Made by a program: the position numbers and the translations under genes. Below the pieces are notes generated by a model. That model was not told the origin of the DNA. It was given only the letters and a program-made list of their open reading frames with translations, and ran no database searches. Shown piece by piece: positions 8,472 through 19,500 of a DNA stretch of 64,000 bases. This DNA comes from an uncultured bacterium. GTDB lineage: Bacteria; Oederibacteriota; JAAXVQ01; JAUVAV01. The stretch is taken from assembly GCA_963710755.1 (NCBI GenBank), contig CAVQBK010000003.1, positions 1,376,001 to 1,440,000 of the forward strand, given 5' to 3'. The stretch's first letter is position 1; every line of letters begins with the position of its first letter.

Positions 8472-8651
8472 ATGGATTCCAGCACGAGGAGCAAGTCACA
8501 AGGCAGAGATCACCAAGCTAGAGGCAGGGCCAAGGAAATGATGGGTGAAATCACCGACAATCCAAAGTTGAAGGCAAAAGGAAAAATTGAAAGGATGGCC
8601 GGTAAAGTTCAGGAAAAAATTGGTCAGACCAAGGCGGTTTTTGGTAAGTAG
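8472..8651 (+). CDS. csbD: CsbD-family general stress protein (59 aa, below the ORF-track cutoff)
   Basis: Manual translation gives GRAKEMMGEITDNPKLKAKGKIERMAGKVQEKIG. SD GGGGAG upstream. Confidence 0.88.
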   Translation: MDSSTRSKSQGRDHQARGRAKEMMGEITDNPKLKAKGKIERMAGKVQEKIGQTKAVFGK

Positions 8652-8672
8652 CGAGTGCTAAGTAACATGGGG

Positions 8673-8712
8673 GGCAATGCCACCCCTGGAAGTTGTATGA
8701 GGTGGCATTGCC
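8673..8712 (+). terminator. Stem-loop after csbD
   Basis: Perfect 12-bp IR GGCAATGCCACC/GGTGGCATTGCC. No U-tract follows. Confidence 0.45.
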
Positions 8713-8960
8713 TCTGGGCGGCGAAGCTGAAAAACGATCCGTGGCGAAGGCCGGGCGTTATAGGAGGCACAGAATGGCCAAGAGAAGCCAGGGCGCAGAA
8801 TGACTGCAGCCGCACGAAGTGCTGTAAAAAGATCAAGAAAAAAGGATTGGCCAAGGGTTGCACAACCAACCGGCATAGTTTGAAGACTTAAAAAAAGAGT
8901 TGCATGATACAAGGTCATGCGGTGAAACAAACACGAAATCAAATTTCAAAGGAGGGTTCA

Positions 8961-9326
8961 ATGAGACTTGTATCCAAACACGGAATTGTAATATTGGCCG
9001 TAGCTGTTGTCGCCACTGCATTTGCAGTAGGATGTTCACGAGCTCCACTGCGCACAGAAGCATCTACGTCGGGGATTCGCGCCGCTGAAGAGGCAGGGGC
9101 GGCAAAAGTACCCCGAGCCTCACTACATTTGCAATTGGCCAAGGAGCAATTGGAAGCCGCCCGAGCGCTGTCCGCGAAAGGAGAAAAGGACAAGGCTGTC
9201 TCGATGCTTTCACGAGCCGAAGCAGACGCTGAGCTGGCGGTTACGCTCTCCCGCGGGGATGTCGAGAAAAGGGAAGCCCAGGCAGCGGTAGCTCGAGTAC
9301 GCCAACTCCAGCAAGAAAACCCATGA
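8961..9326 (+). CDS. DUF4398-family lipoprotein
   Basis: Lipobox AVGC, IRAAEEAGA, LHLQLAKE and RAEADAELA. SD GGAGGG precedes ATG 8961. Confidence 0.82.
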   Translation: MRLVSKHGIVILAVAVVATAFAVGCSRAPLRTEASTSGIRAAEEAGAAKVPRASLHLQLAKEQLEAARALSAKGEKDKAVSMLSRAEADAELAVTLSRGDVEKREAQAAVARVRQLQQENP

Positions 9327-9355
9327 TCCAATAGACAATCCTAAAGGGGGAAGTT

Positions 9356-10195
9356 ATGAAAACAATTGAATATTTGACCCTGGTCGCATCCATCGTGCTC
9401 TTCGCCGGCTGCGCATCCATGCCGCCCAAGGAACTAGTCAACGCCCGTTCGGCCTATCAACAAGCGAGCGAAGGTCCGGCCGCACAACTCGTGCCTGCGG
9501 AATTACACAAGGCACATGAGGCACTCGTTTTGGCGGAAAAATCATTCCAGAAAGAACCTGATTCGTATAAAACCAAAGATCTTGCTTATGTCGCCCAGCG
9601 CAAAGCTGAACAGGCGGGAGCGCTCGGCGCTATGGCAGTCGATGTGACAAAAAAGGAAAATGCAAACGTCGCTTTCCATGAAAAACAAACCACAATCATG
9701 GAGCAAGGGAAGCAGGACTTGAGGGCTGCCGAGAAGCAGGCGGCAGCGCAGGACTTGCGTGATTCCGAGCAGCGGACCGCTGATGCGTTGGCGAAACTTG
9801 CCACGCTCGCTGCCATGAAAGAGGAGAAGCGCGGATTGGTCCTTACACTTTCTGGAAATGTCCTCTTTAGATCCAACGAGGCGATTTTGATGTCCTCTGC
9901 ACAAAAAAAGCTTGATCAGGTAGCCAATGCACTCCTGGAAGTTGGTGCGCGCAATCTCATTGTGGAGGGGCACACCGATTCCCAGGGTACAGTGGCTTAC
10001 AATCAAGCTCTTTCGCAACGCCGGGCCGAGGCGGTGCGTGATTATCTTATAAGCAGAAAATATCCATCCAATAGTATCGTGGCAAAAGGGATGGGTGAGG
10101 CCAGTCCGATTGCCGACAACGCTTCGGCCGAGGGGCGCGCCAATAACCGCCGCGTCGAGATCATTATCAAAAGTGATGTGAAGGCAACAAATTAG
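9356..10195 (+). CDS. OmpA-family lipoprotein with N-terminal DUF4398-like helical domain
   Basis: Lipobox FAGC, VEGHTDS, YNQALSQRRA and GRANNRRVEI. Confidence 0.92.
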   Translation: MKTIEYLTLVASIVLFAGCASMPPKELVNARSAYQQASEGPAAQLVPAELHKAHEALVLAEKSFQKEPDSYKTKDLAYVAQRKAEQAGALGAMAVDVTKKENANVAFHEKQTTIMEQGKQDLRAAEKQAAAQDLRDSEQRTADALAKLATLAAMKEEKRGLVLTLSGNVLFRSNEAILMSSAQKKLDQVANALLEVGARNLIVEGHTDSQGTVAYNQALSQRRAEAVRDYLISRKYPSNSIVAKGMGEASPIADNASAEGRANNRRVEIIIKSDVKATN

Positions 10196-10255
10196 CTGGC
10201 AAGGTTAGTCAGTGCTATATGCTGATGAAACAAATTGCCTGCCTATGGTAATTAA

Positions 10256-10320
10256 TTGGTGCCGGAGTTGGATGGTTAGATTAAGCAAATCGCATTCTAT
10301 TATTCTAACTCCGGCACCAA
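10256..10320. repeat. Intergenic inverted repeat (REP/MITE-like)
   Basis: Perfect 14-bp arms TTGGTGCCGGAGTT and AACTCCGGCACCAA around an AT-rich spacer. Confidence 0.7.
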
Positions 10321-10392
10321 AGACATAAAGTGGGGGCGGTTTTTGGAGGGTGGTAAAAAAAGATGGTAAGTAACCTAAGCCTCAAGGAGGCA

Positions 10393-10917
10393 ATGATGAA
10401 AAAAATTATCGCAATTACAAGCCTGGCGGCAATACTGCTGGCTGTAAGTCCCACGTTTGCTTTGGAAGGTATTGCGGATGAACCCGACAATCATCTTAGT
10501 CAGGTGGAGACCGAAATTCATGCAGTTTTAGGGATCAACAATCTGGGGGCTGGAATTCGTATTAATTTTCCGGTATTGAAACAAGGATTCATCAATGATC
10601 TTAACAACAGCGTGGCTATCAACTTAGGGGCAGACTTCTTGAATTGGACAGCCAGTGATTATAACGTTACGGGGGTGGTGGTTCCGGTTATGCTGCAGTG
10701 GAATTTTTATCTCACCCGCGACTGGTCCCTTTTCGCGGAAGGCGGCGTTGCTTTCCAAAATTGGTTTAGCCGTCGGGCCAGCGGCGATGACCAGACCTTT
10801 TTCTTTTGGCCGGGAATGAGCCTGGGTGGCCGTTATTATTTGAATTCCGCCAATTATCCGGCCTTGGTCATGCGGATAGGATATCCAAGCGGGCTGACCC
10901 TCGGGATCAGTTTTTAA
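10393..10917 (+). CDS. Hypothetical outer-membrane beta-barrel-like protein
   Basis: Signal peptide ending PTFA, alternating beta-strand pattern and C-terminal Phe (GLTLGISF). SD AAGGAGG upstream. Confidence 0.7.
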   Translation: MMKKIIAITSLAAILLAVSPTFALEGIADEPDNHLSQVETEIHAVLGINNLGAGIRINFPVLKQGFINDLNNSVAINLGADFLNWTASDYNVTGVVVPVMLQWNFYLTRDWSLFAEGGVAFQNWFSRRASGDDQTFFFWPGMSLGGRYYLNSANYPALVMRIGYPSGLTLGISF

Positions 10918-11427
10918 AAGGAATTATATTTACATCCCAGCCGAGTCTATCATGGCGAGCGTAGAGTTTTAGCGTTGATAATAAAGGCTTGTCACGCGAT
11001 GCCCATTCACAATTTGGACACTAAGGTATTTGTACGAAAAATCAAAAGGGAAGGCAAATGATAAAAATGAATCTAACAGCATAGATGCCGGCAGCGGTCC
11101 TAAGCATTTACCAGGAATAACAGCGGCTGACCGACTTCCTTTGAGCAGGCTGCCGCTAGGACAGGCACACTAGGCGTGAGGTTAATGCCGATGGGAACAA
11201 GAAAAGGATTTCAAAGATGGTGATAAAGGATAGGATGAAGTCCACGTCGACAGGTACAGTCATTGAGAAATCCCGTCGGCCGCAGCGGGAATGATATCCG
11301 GCTACCATGTTTTAGGCAAACGGTCTTGGGCATGAGCGTTGAGAATTTGATGCCAAGCAAGCCGAGTGTTGTAGGGCGGCAGTGGTCCGCCTGAGTTATC
11401 CCAAATTCATGGCAAAGGAGAAATAAA

Positions 11428-11574
11428 ATGCTTTTAACCATCGCAGCCATCCTGATTGTCCTCTGGCTTTTGGGTATTATCACCTCTTACACTATGGGAG
11501 GAATTATTCATGTCCTATTAGTCATCGCGATCGTGGTGGTGCTGATTCGAGTCATTAAAGGCCGGCACCTATAG
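11428..11574 (+). CDS. lmo0937-family small membrane protein (48 aa)
   Basis: Manual translation: MLLTIAAILIVLWLLGIITSYTMGGIIHVLLVIAIVVVLIRVIKGRHL. SD AAGGAG upstream. Confidence 0.88.
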   Translation: MLLTIAAILIVLWLLGIITSYTMGGIIHVLLVIAIVVVLIRVIKGRHL

Positions 11575-11958
11575 CGATTTGAAATGAAGTAGCGGGTATT
11601 CATCATGGCAACCGCTTTAACCTGGGAAGATTTTTATTGCCTCGCCTCAATCAGCACTTTCGCAAGAAACAGAACCCCAATCCCGGAAATGAACTAGGGG
11701 AACTCCAGGGGAAAACTAATCAACTAACCTTTGACAATAGGCATGCCTACTTGGACCATATTCCGCGATTAGGGAGAGAAAAACGAGAATGGCAAAATAG
11801 CAATCGAAAATTAATTCTATCTCTGTTCTTAAAAAGATTGCATCTGTCTTGAAAAGAGAAAAGGTGTTAAAGTAATCTGGTGGTTGATCTGGAAATCGAA
11901 AAGGGTTCATTTTTAATATTGTCAGTTTGCCCAGCTCATTGGAAACGGAGAGGATGCT

Positions 11959-12873
11959 ATGCTTGATCCCTACAAAACACTCGGTGTTTCACAAGATGCG
12001 ACTGATGAAGAAATAAAAAATGCTTACCGAAAATTAGCCAAAAAACATCATCCCGACGTTAACCTGGGCAAGGCCGATGCGGCTCATCAATTCAAGGAAA
12101 TCAGTGCGGCCTATAAGCTGATCGAAACCAAAGCAATGAGAGAAAAATATAAGCAAGGTCAGTTTGCTGGGGGGGCGCCAGATCAGGCCGGTAGGAGAGG
12201 GCCATTTTATCGGGAAACCCAAGCAGCCGGGAACCGCTATAGCCAAGCGCATGCCCAAGATTTTCAGGATATTTTCAGCTCGATTTTCGGCGGGCAGGCA
12301 AAGGCCAACACTATTGATATTCCAGGAGAGGATTATCTATTCACTCTGGAGATCGATTTGCAGGATGCGGTGCTGGGATGCGAAAAAGATATTAACCTTA
12401 AGCCCGGGAAACCGCTTTTGCTTAAAATACCTCCCGGCGTGGATACGGGGACAAAACTTAGGCTTGCCGGTCAAGGGGGGCCTGGTTTTGGCAATGGAAA
12501 ACCGGGGGATGCTTATGTGGAAATTAAGCTGCGTCCCTCGAAAATATTCCGCCGGGAAGGGTCCAACTTGTTAATCGAGGTTCCCGTAAGCCTCGGGGAG
12601 GTCGTCAATGGAGCGGAAATACAAGTTCCAACCATTGAAGGGCCGGTCATGATGAAAATTCCACCAGGCATGGACACGGCCAAAAAACTAAGCCTGAGAA
12701 ATAAAGGATTTCCGGATAAAGAGAACAACCACAGGGGTGACCTGCTTGTGGAACTGAGAGTGATTATGCCGCCAACCCAGGATCAGAATTTTAAGGATTT
12801 TATTCAAGAGTGGGTGCGTAAAAATCCATATAACCCGCGCAAACAATTTGATATGACGGGAGGGCGAGGGTAA
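11959..12873 (+). CDS. cbpA: CbpA-like class B J-domain co-chaperone
   Basis: J domain with HPD, no zinc finger, DnaJ C-terminal domain ([12 protein letters not shown]). Followed by cbpM. Confidence 0.9.
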   Translation: MLDPYKTLGVSQDATDEEIKNAYRKLAKKHHPDVNLGKADAAHQFKEISAAYKLIETKAMREKYKQGQFAGGAPDQAGRRGPFYRETQAAGNRYSQAHAQDFQDIFSSIFGGQAKANTIDIPGEDYLFTLEIDLQDAVLGCEKDINLKPGKPLLLKIPPGVDTGTKLRLAGQGGPGFGNGKPGDAYVEIKLRPSKIFRREGSNLLIEVPVSLGEVVNGAEIQVPTIEGPVMMKIPPGMDTAKKLSLRNKGFPDKENNHRGDLLVELRVIMPPTQDQNFKDFIQEWVRKNPYNPRKQFDMTGGRG

Positions 12874-13154
12874 TGCAGGTATATCATTATAAGGAAGTTA
12901 TTCAAACCTATCAAATCAGCGAGGAATTTCTCCGGGAATGTCTGCAAAACCAGTGGGTCGAGCCTTTGGATAAAGAAGCGGAAAAGCTGGCGCAGGAAGA
13001 TGTTGCCCGGTTGCTGCTTATTCGCGATCTAATGGAAGACATGGGGGTCAACGATGAATCGGTCCCGGTTATTCTGGATTTGATTGATCAAATCCATGCT
13101 TTGAAAGAAAGAGTCCAGTGGCTAGGAGAAAAAATCAAAGAAAAAATAGGCTAG
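12873..13154 (+). CDS. cbpM: CbpM-like chaperone modulator
   Basis: RDLMEDMGVN...VILDLIDQI, translationally coupled to cbpA (TAATG). Confidence 0.8.
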   Translation: MQVYHYKEVIQTYQISEEFLRECLQNQWVEPLDKEAEKLAQEDVARLLLIRDLMEDMGVNDESVPVILDLIDQIHALKERVQWLGEKIKEKIG

Positions 13155-13515
13155 CGGGCACCATTATGGACAAGCAAGTGCCACAGCTTGCTGCGCCGAG
13201 GTTTATGACGCAAACTCCTACCTGGCTATGGTTCCTCTAACAGAAAAAAGGCAACGGCGGATTTCGCTATCGTAAAAACTGCCGGAAAACAGGTTTTCGA
13301 TGCGGAATCACCATTAAGGTCAACGAGGACATTGAAATTCAAATCCTCTTTGAGAGCTGTGACAACGAAAACCGGGCTGAGCGATGCTGAGTTGGTGTTT
13401 ATATGATTTGTTACTGGTGGTTGGTTCGAGGCTGCGAACACGAGATAAAAAGCAGCGAGCATGGATTCGGAGTAAGTGCATCCCCAAAAAAGAATTTCGG
13501 AGATTGGGAAAACCT

Positions 13516-16500
13516 ATGAACGAAAGCATCAGGGATAAAATTAAAAATTTACTCCTGTTTAAAATTCGCTCTAGGCCTCAGGAAACGGCGCGGGATTTGA
13601 GCAATGAGCAGCCCTTGCAAGCGGAGCTGTTCAGTCTCGAACAAATGGCGGAATTCGCCAAAAGTTTGGCCAGGTGGCATGAACTTGAAAAAACGCGTGG
13701 TCCGGACCGCCTGCTACCTCGGCTGAATGAGAACGAAAAGCTGCTTTTGGAAGCTTACCAACTGCTTCAGGACGAGGCTGCGAAAAAAACACCCCTGCTG
13801 CCCGCTGATGAATGGTTCCTGGATAATTTCCACCTCATTGAAGAGCAAATCCGCCTAGCTCGCAAACATCTACCCAAATCTTTCAGCCGCGAATTGCCCA
13901 CGCTTACAATCGGTAAGACCGCAGGATTTCCAAGGGTTTACGATATGGCCCTGGAGATCATTGCCCATGGCGACGGCCGGGTGGAAGCCGGCAGTTTGAG
14001 CGCATTTGTAGATGCTTATCAAAGTCTGGTCACGTTAAAACTGGGCGAATTGTGGGCTATTCCCATCATGCTCCGGCTGGCTTTGATTGAAAACCTGCGG
14101 CGTGTGGCGACACACATCACGGCGGGAAAATTGGACCGCAGACTGGCGGGCTTTTGGGCCAACCGCATGATCACGGTCGTAGAAAAAGATCCCAAAAACC
14201 TGGTGCTTGAAATGGCGGACATGGCGCGTTCGAATCCTCCCATGTCCAGCGCGTTCGTGGCGGAGTTGGCCCGCCGGTTTCAAGGACAGGGGCCGAACCT
14301 GGTCTTGCCCTTGACTTGGATTGAGCAACATTTAAGCGAAGACGGCCTCAATATCGAGCAACTTGTGGGTCTGGAAAATCAGCGGCGGGCTGAAGATCAG
14401 GTATCGGTCAGCAACAGTATTTTCAGCCTGCGTTTTATCCATGCCATGGACTGGCGCGAGTTTGTGGAAACCATGAGCCGGGTGGAGCGGATATTGAGCC
14501 GTGATCCCATGGATGCCTATCCTCGAACGGATTTTACCACACGTGACCGGTGCCGCCACCGGGTTGAAATTTTAGCCAAACGCAGCAGTTGTTCGGAAGA
14601 GACGGTTGCCACCCGAGCGCTGGAGCTTGCGCGCTCGGCGGCAAAGATTCACGGCCAGGAGGACCGCACCGCGCATGTAGGGTATTATCTGCTGAATCGC
14701 GGCCAGGCAAAGCTTGAACAGGCACTAAGACCGCGATTTACCTTGGGGGAACATTGTGAGCGGCTGGTCCTGCGGTTTGCGCTCTTTTTTTATCTTGGGG
14801 CGATAGGTGTTTTGACGTTGGGGTTTGCCGGCTTATTTCTCTGGAATATACGTGCCGCATCCCTTGGGTATTTTGGATTGGCTGCCATGCTGCTGCTCAT
14901 CGTCGCCAGCCAACCGGCGATTGACTTGGTGAATTGGTTGGTGGGTCGGCTGGTTAAACCCCGCGGCCTGCCGCGCATGGATTATTCCAAAGGTCTGCCT
15001 CCGGAAGCCTCCACCCTGGTCGTGGTTCCGTGCATCCTCTCCAATCCGCAAACCGTGGCGGGCTTGCTGGAAAACCTGGAAATATTGTACTTGGCCAACC
15101 GTGACAGCCATTTGTATTTCGGCTTGGTCACGGATTTCAAAGATGCCCCCCAGGCAACGTTGCCCGAAGATGATGCCTTGCTGGAAGCTGTGAAAGCCGG
15201 CATCAAGCACTTGCATGATCGTTATCCTTCGGAACAGGGTGCGCGATTTTATCTTTTCCACCGCCACCGCCGCTGGAACCCTCAGGAAGCATGCTGGATG
15301 GGCTGGGAACGCAAACGCGGAAAACTGGTAAATCTTAACACGATCCTGCGGAATGGGCTCCCGGAACCAGGAACCCTGATCGTGGGGGAGGCTTCTATCT
15401 TGGATCAGATGAAATACGTCATTACCCTGGACGCCGATACGCGGTTGACCTTGGATTCGGCCCGGACCTTGGTGGCCACCATGGCGCATCCACTGAACCG
15501 GCCGCGGGTAGATCCTGTGGCCAACCGGGTTGACGACGGCTATGGCATTTTGCAACCACGGATTGGAACCATCCAGGCCGATGCACGCAAATCGTGGTTT
15601 GCGCGCCTGTTTGGTGGCGAAGAGGGCATCGATCCTTACACACTGGCCGTGTCCGACACCTATCAGGATCTATTCCAGGAGGGATCGTTTGTCGGCAAAG
15701 GGATATACGACGTGGAGGCTTTTCAAAAAGTATTGGCTCATCGCTTTCCTGAAAACCGTATTCTATCCCACGATCTACTGGAAAGTGGCTATGCCCGGTC
15801 CGGACTGGTCAGCGACGTGGTGTTGTATGAAAATTATCCGGAGGATTATTTGGACGATGCCCAGCGGCGCGCCCGCTGGATCCGGGGCGATTGGCAAATT
15901 GTGCGCTGGCTGCTGCCCGGAGCGCCCGGACCCCAGGGCGTTTTACGGAATTCTTTGCGGAAGCTGTACCTTTGGAAAATATTTGATAACCTGCGCCGGT
16001 CTCTGGTCGCTCCGGCAATTCTCGGCCTATTGCTGCTGGGGTGGCTGAATTCCCCTTGGACTGGGTTGCTCACGGCCGGTGTGGTTTTGGTGTTCTTCCT
16101 GCCCTCGCTGCTCACAACGCTGGCTGCATTGATGTTTCAGAAACCGCGGGAGCTTTTGTTTGCAATGCACGTGCGTGACACCCTTCAAGAACTGGCCCGC
16201 CACTTAGGCAGGGCCATCATTCGGCTGGCATTATTAGCATTCGAAGCCTGCACCAGCTTGGAAGCGATCAGCCGAACGCTTTATCGGTTGTGGATCAGTC
16301 GCAAACACTTGCTCAATTGGACTCAGTCCAGTGATTCCGGGCACGCGGCTACGCAAAGATTTTCCGATATCTGGAAATCCATGTGGATGGCCCCCAGCTT
16401 GGCACTCCTCGCCGGAATTGTAATCGTCTGGCGCGATCCGGCATTCTTAGGCACCTCGGTTGTGGTGCTGGCGCTGTGGTTTTCATCGCCCCTGGCAGTT

Positions 16501-19500
16501 TGGTTGATTAGCCGGCCTCCGGTGCGGTATACGACGGGGCTCTCTTCGGACCAGTCCGCTTTTTTGCGAAAACTGGCGCGGCGCACCTGGCGATATTTTG
16601 AAACCTACGCTTCTGAAGACAATCACTGGCTGCCGTTGGATAATGTCCAGGAGCAGCCGTTTGCGGCCCGGACCCATCGTACCTCGCCCACGAACATCGG
16701 CCTGTCCTTGCTGGCCAATTTATCCGCATACGACTATGGCTATATTTCCGCCCGATTGCTACTCCGTCGTTCCGAGTGCACCCTGCGTACCCTGCAGTCT
16801 TTGAAGCGGTTTCGTGGGCATTATTACAACTGGTACGATACCCAAACCCTTCAGCCTTTGGACCCGCCGTATATTTCCAGTGTGGACAGCGGGAATTTGG
16901 CCGGACATCTGTTGGTTTTACGACAGGGATTGCTGGCTTTGACCGATCACCCGCTGGCGCCGGAACAGTGGTTGGCAGGACGGGCAGACACCTTTGCGGT
17001 TTTAGAAGAGGTGATTCATCGGGAAGGCCTAAAAATCGACCTTGAACTCAAAGAAAAAATCGCATATTTTCGCGGGCAACTGGCGGAAATACCCGTTGGA
17101 ATAAAAGCACAATGGGAGCAACTCCAAGCGCTGGCGGCGCAAAGTGCGGCATTGGGAGCGGGTTTAGGCACGCTGCCTGAAGCCGCGTGGTGGCTACACG
17201 CTTTGGAACAGCAACTCCGAGAGTTCAGCGACGAGCTGGCCGGAGCAGCGCCCTGGATCACCTGGCCGGAACCAGAGGAAGCATTTTGGGAGGGCCTGGA
17301 GGGTTTGCAAACATTATGGCAAAAAATGTTTTTAAGGCCCACCTTGCGCGAGGTCGCAACCTTGGAAGAAGCAATTTTATCGTGGTGGGCGTTGTCAGCC
17401 ATCGACAACGATTCGACGGACCGGAAAGCCCGACTGGAACAACTCCGGACCATGTTCCTCGCGGCTGCCCAGCGCGGCAAGGAAAGAATGACCGTGATCG
17501 AGAAACTGGCCCGTCAATGCCAAACCGCAGCGGAGATGGAATACGATTTTTTATATGATTCCAACCAACATCTTTTGGCCACCGGCTATCATGTTCGGGA
17601 ACGTCGCCGGGACAACAGCTATTATGACCTGCTGGCTTCCGAAGCGCGGTTGGGCAGCTTTGTGGCCATTGCGCAAGGACATCTGCCGCAGGAACATTGG
17701 TTTACCTTGGGGCGGAATTTGACCCTCGCCGGCGGCAAAGCGGTCCTGTTGTCCTGGGGCGGATCCATGTTTGAATACTTGATGCCGCTTTTGGTCATGC
17801 CCGCCTATGAGAATACCCTGTTGGGCCAAACCTATAAGTCCGTGGTCGCCCGACAAATAGCTTACGGCGAAAAACGCGGCGTGTTTTGGGGCATCTCCGA
17901 GTCCTGCTACAATACCACGGACGCCAATCACTTTTACCAATACCGGGCGTTTGGCGTGCCGGGATTGGGTTTTAAACGGGGGTTGGCCGACGATCTGGTG
18001 ATTGCGCCCTATGCCTCGGCCCTAGCCCTGATGATAGAGCCTGCGGCCGCAGCCGGAAATTTGCAGGCCATGGCCGGTGCAGGTCTTTTAGGATCTTATG
18101 GCATGGTCGAAGCTGTGGACTATACGCCCGCGCGTTTGCAGCGGGGACAAAATATTGCGGTATTGAGATCATATATGGCCCATCACCAAGGTATGACGTT
18201 GTTGTCCATTGCGTATTGCCTGCTGGACCATCCCATGCAGAAACGGTTTGAAGCCGAACCATTGTTCCAGGCGGCTTTGTCGTTGCTGCACGAGCGGGTT
18301 TCCAAAGTAACACCAGCTTTTTCACATGCTTTTGAAGCAGCGGAGCGCCATTGGCAATCGAGAGAAGAACAGGAAACCCTTATACGGATTTTCAACACAC
18401 CCCACACGCCGGTTCCGGAGGTACATCTGTTGTCCAACGGGCGTTATCATGTGATGGTCACCCAGGCTGGCGGAGGGTACAGCCGCTGGAAGGGGTTGGC
18501 GCTTACCCGCTGGCGTGAAGACCCGACCCTGGATGACTATGGGTTGTTTTGCTATATCCGGGACGTGGAACGCGGCGAGACTTGGTCTGCGGCGTTTCAA
18601 CCGATAAAAAAAACCGGCAAACACTATGAAGCGATATTTTCCCAGGCGCGCGCGGAGTTCCGGCGGCAGGACCTGGATCTGGACACCCACACCGAGATCG
18701 CGGTTTCGCCTGAAGATGATATCGAGCTGCGCCGCGTGCGTATCACCAACCGTGCCCGCGAGGCCCGTACCCTGGAATTGACCTCCTACGCGGAAGTGGT
18801 GTTGGCCCCACCGGCGGCTGAAGCCACACACCCGGCGTTCAACAACCTGTTCATCCAGACGGAGATCATCCGCAACCGGAACAGCATTCTTTGCACCCGC
18901 CGCCCCCGGTCGGCGCAGGAGAAACCGCCTTGGCTATTGCACCTTATGGTTATTCAGGGCGCCGGGGAGGTGGAAACATCTTTTGAAACCGACCGGTTGA
19001 AATTTATCGGCCGGGGAAAAAACGTTTCCGAACCGGCGGCTCTGGAAACCGGGAAGCTTTCGGACAGCGAAGGCTCGGTTTTAGATCCCATCATCGCCAT
19101 TCGGCGCCGTATCCGCCTGGAACCGGAAGGTACGGTGGTAGTCAATATCGTCTTGGGGGCGGCAGAAACCCGCGAAAGCGCGATGGGCCTTATTGAAAAA
19201 TATCACGATTGGCGCCTGACGGACCGGGTTTTTGAACTCGCCTTTAGCCACGGCCAGGTCGTGCTGCACCAGCTCAATGCCACTGAGGCCGATGCCCAGG
19301 TATTCGGCCGCCTCGCCGGCTCAATCATTTTTGCCGATCCGGCCCGCCGGGCCCTCCCGGGCGTGATTTTGAAAAATACCCGCGGCCAGTCCGGGCTGTG
19401 GGGGTACGGAATTTCCGGAGATTTGCCTATTGTGCTGCTGAGGATTTCCGACCCCGCCAATATGGACCTGGTGCGGTGCATGCTGCAAGTTCATGCCTAT

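Noticed and set aside
11605-11852. Small gene, possibly frameshifted (MATALTWEDF...)
   Set aside because: It needs an assumed indel in a T-run, has no clear SD and matches no family I recognise.
13384-13515. N-terminal extension of the glucan synthase
   Set aside because: The extension does not look like family sequence, so ATG 13516 is the more plausible start, though unproven.
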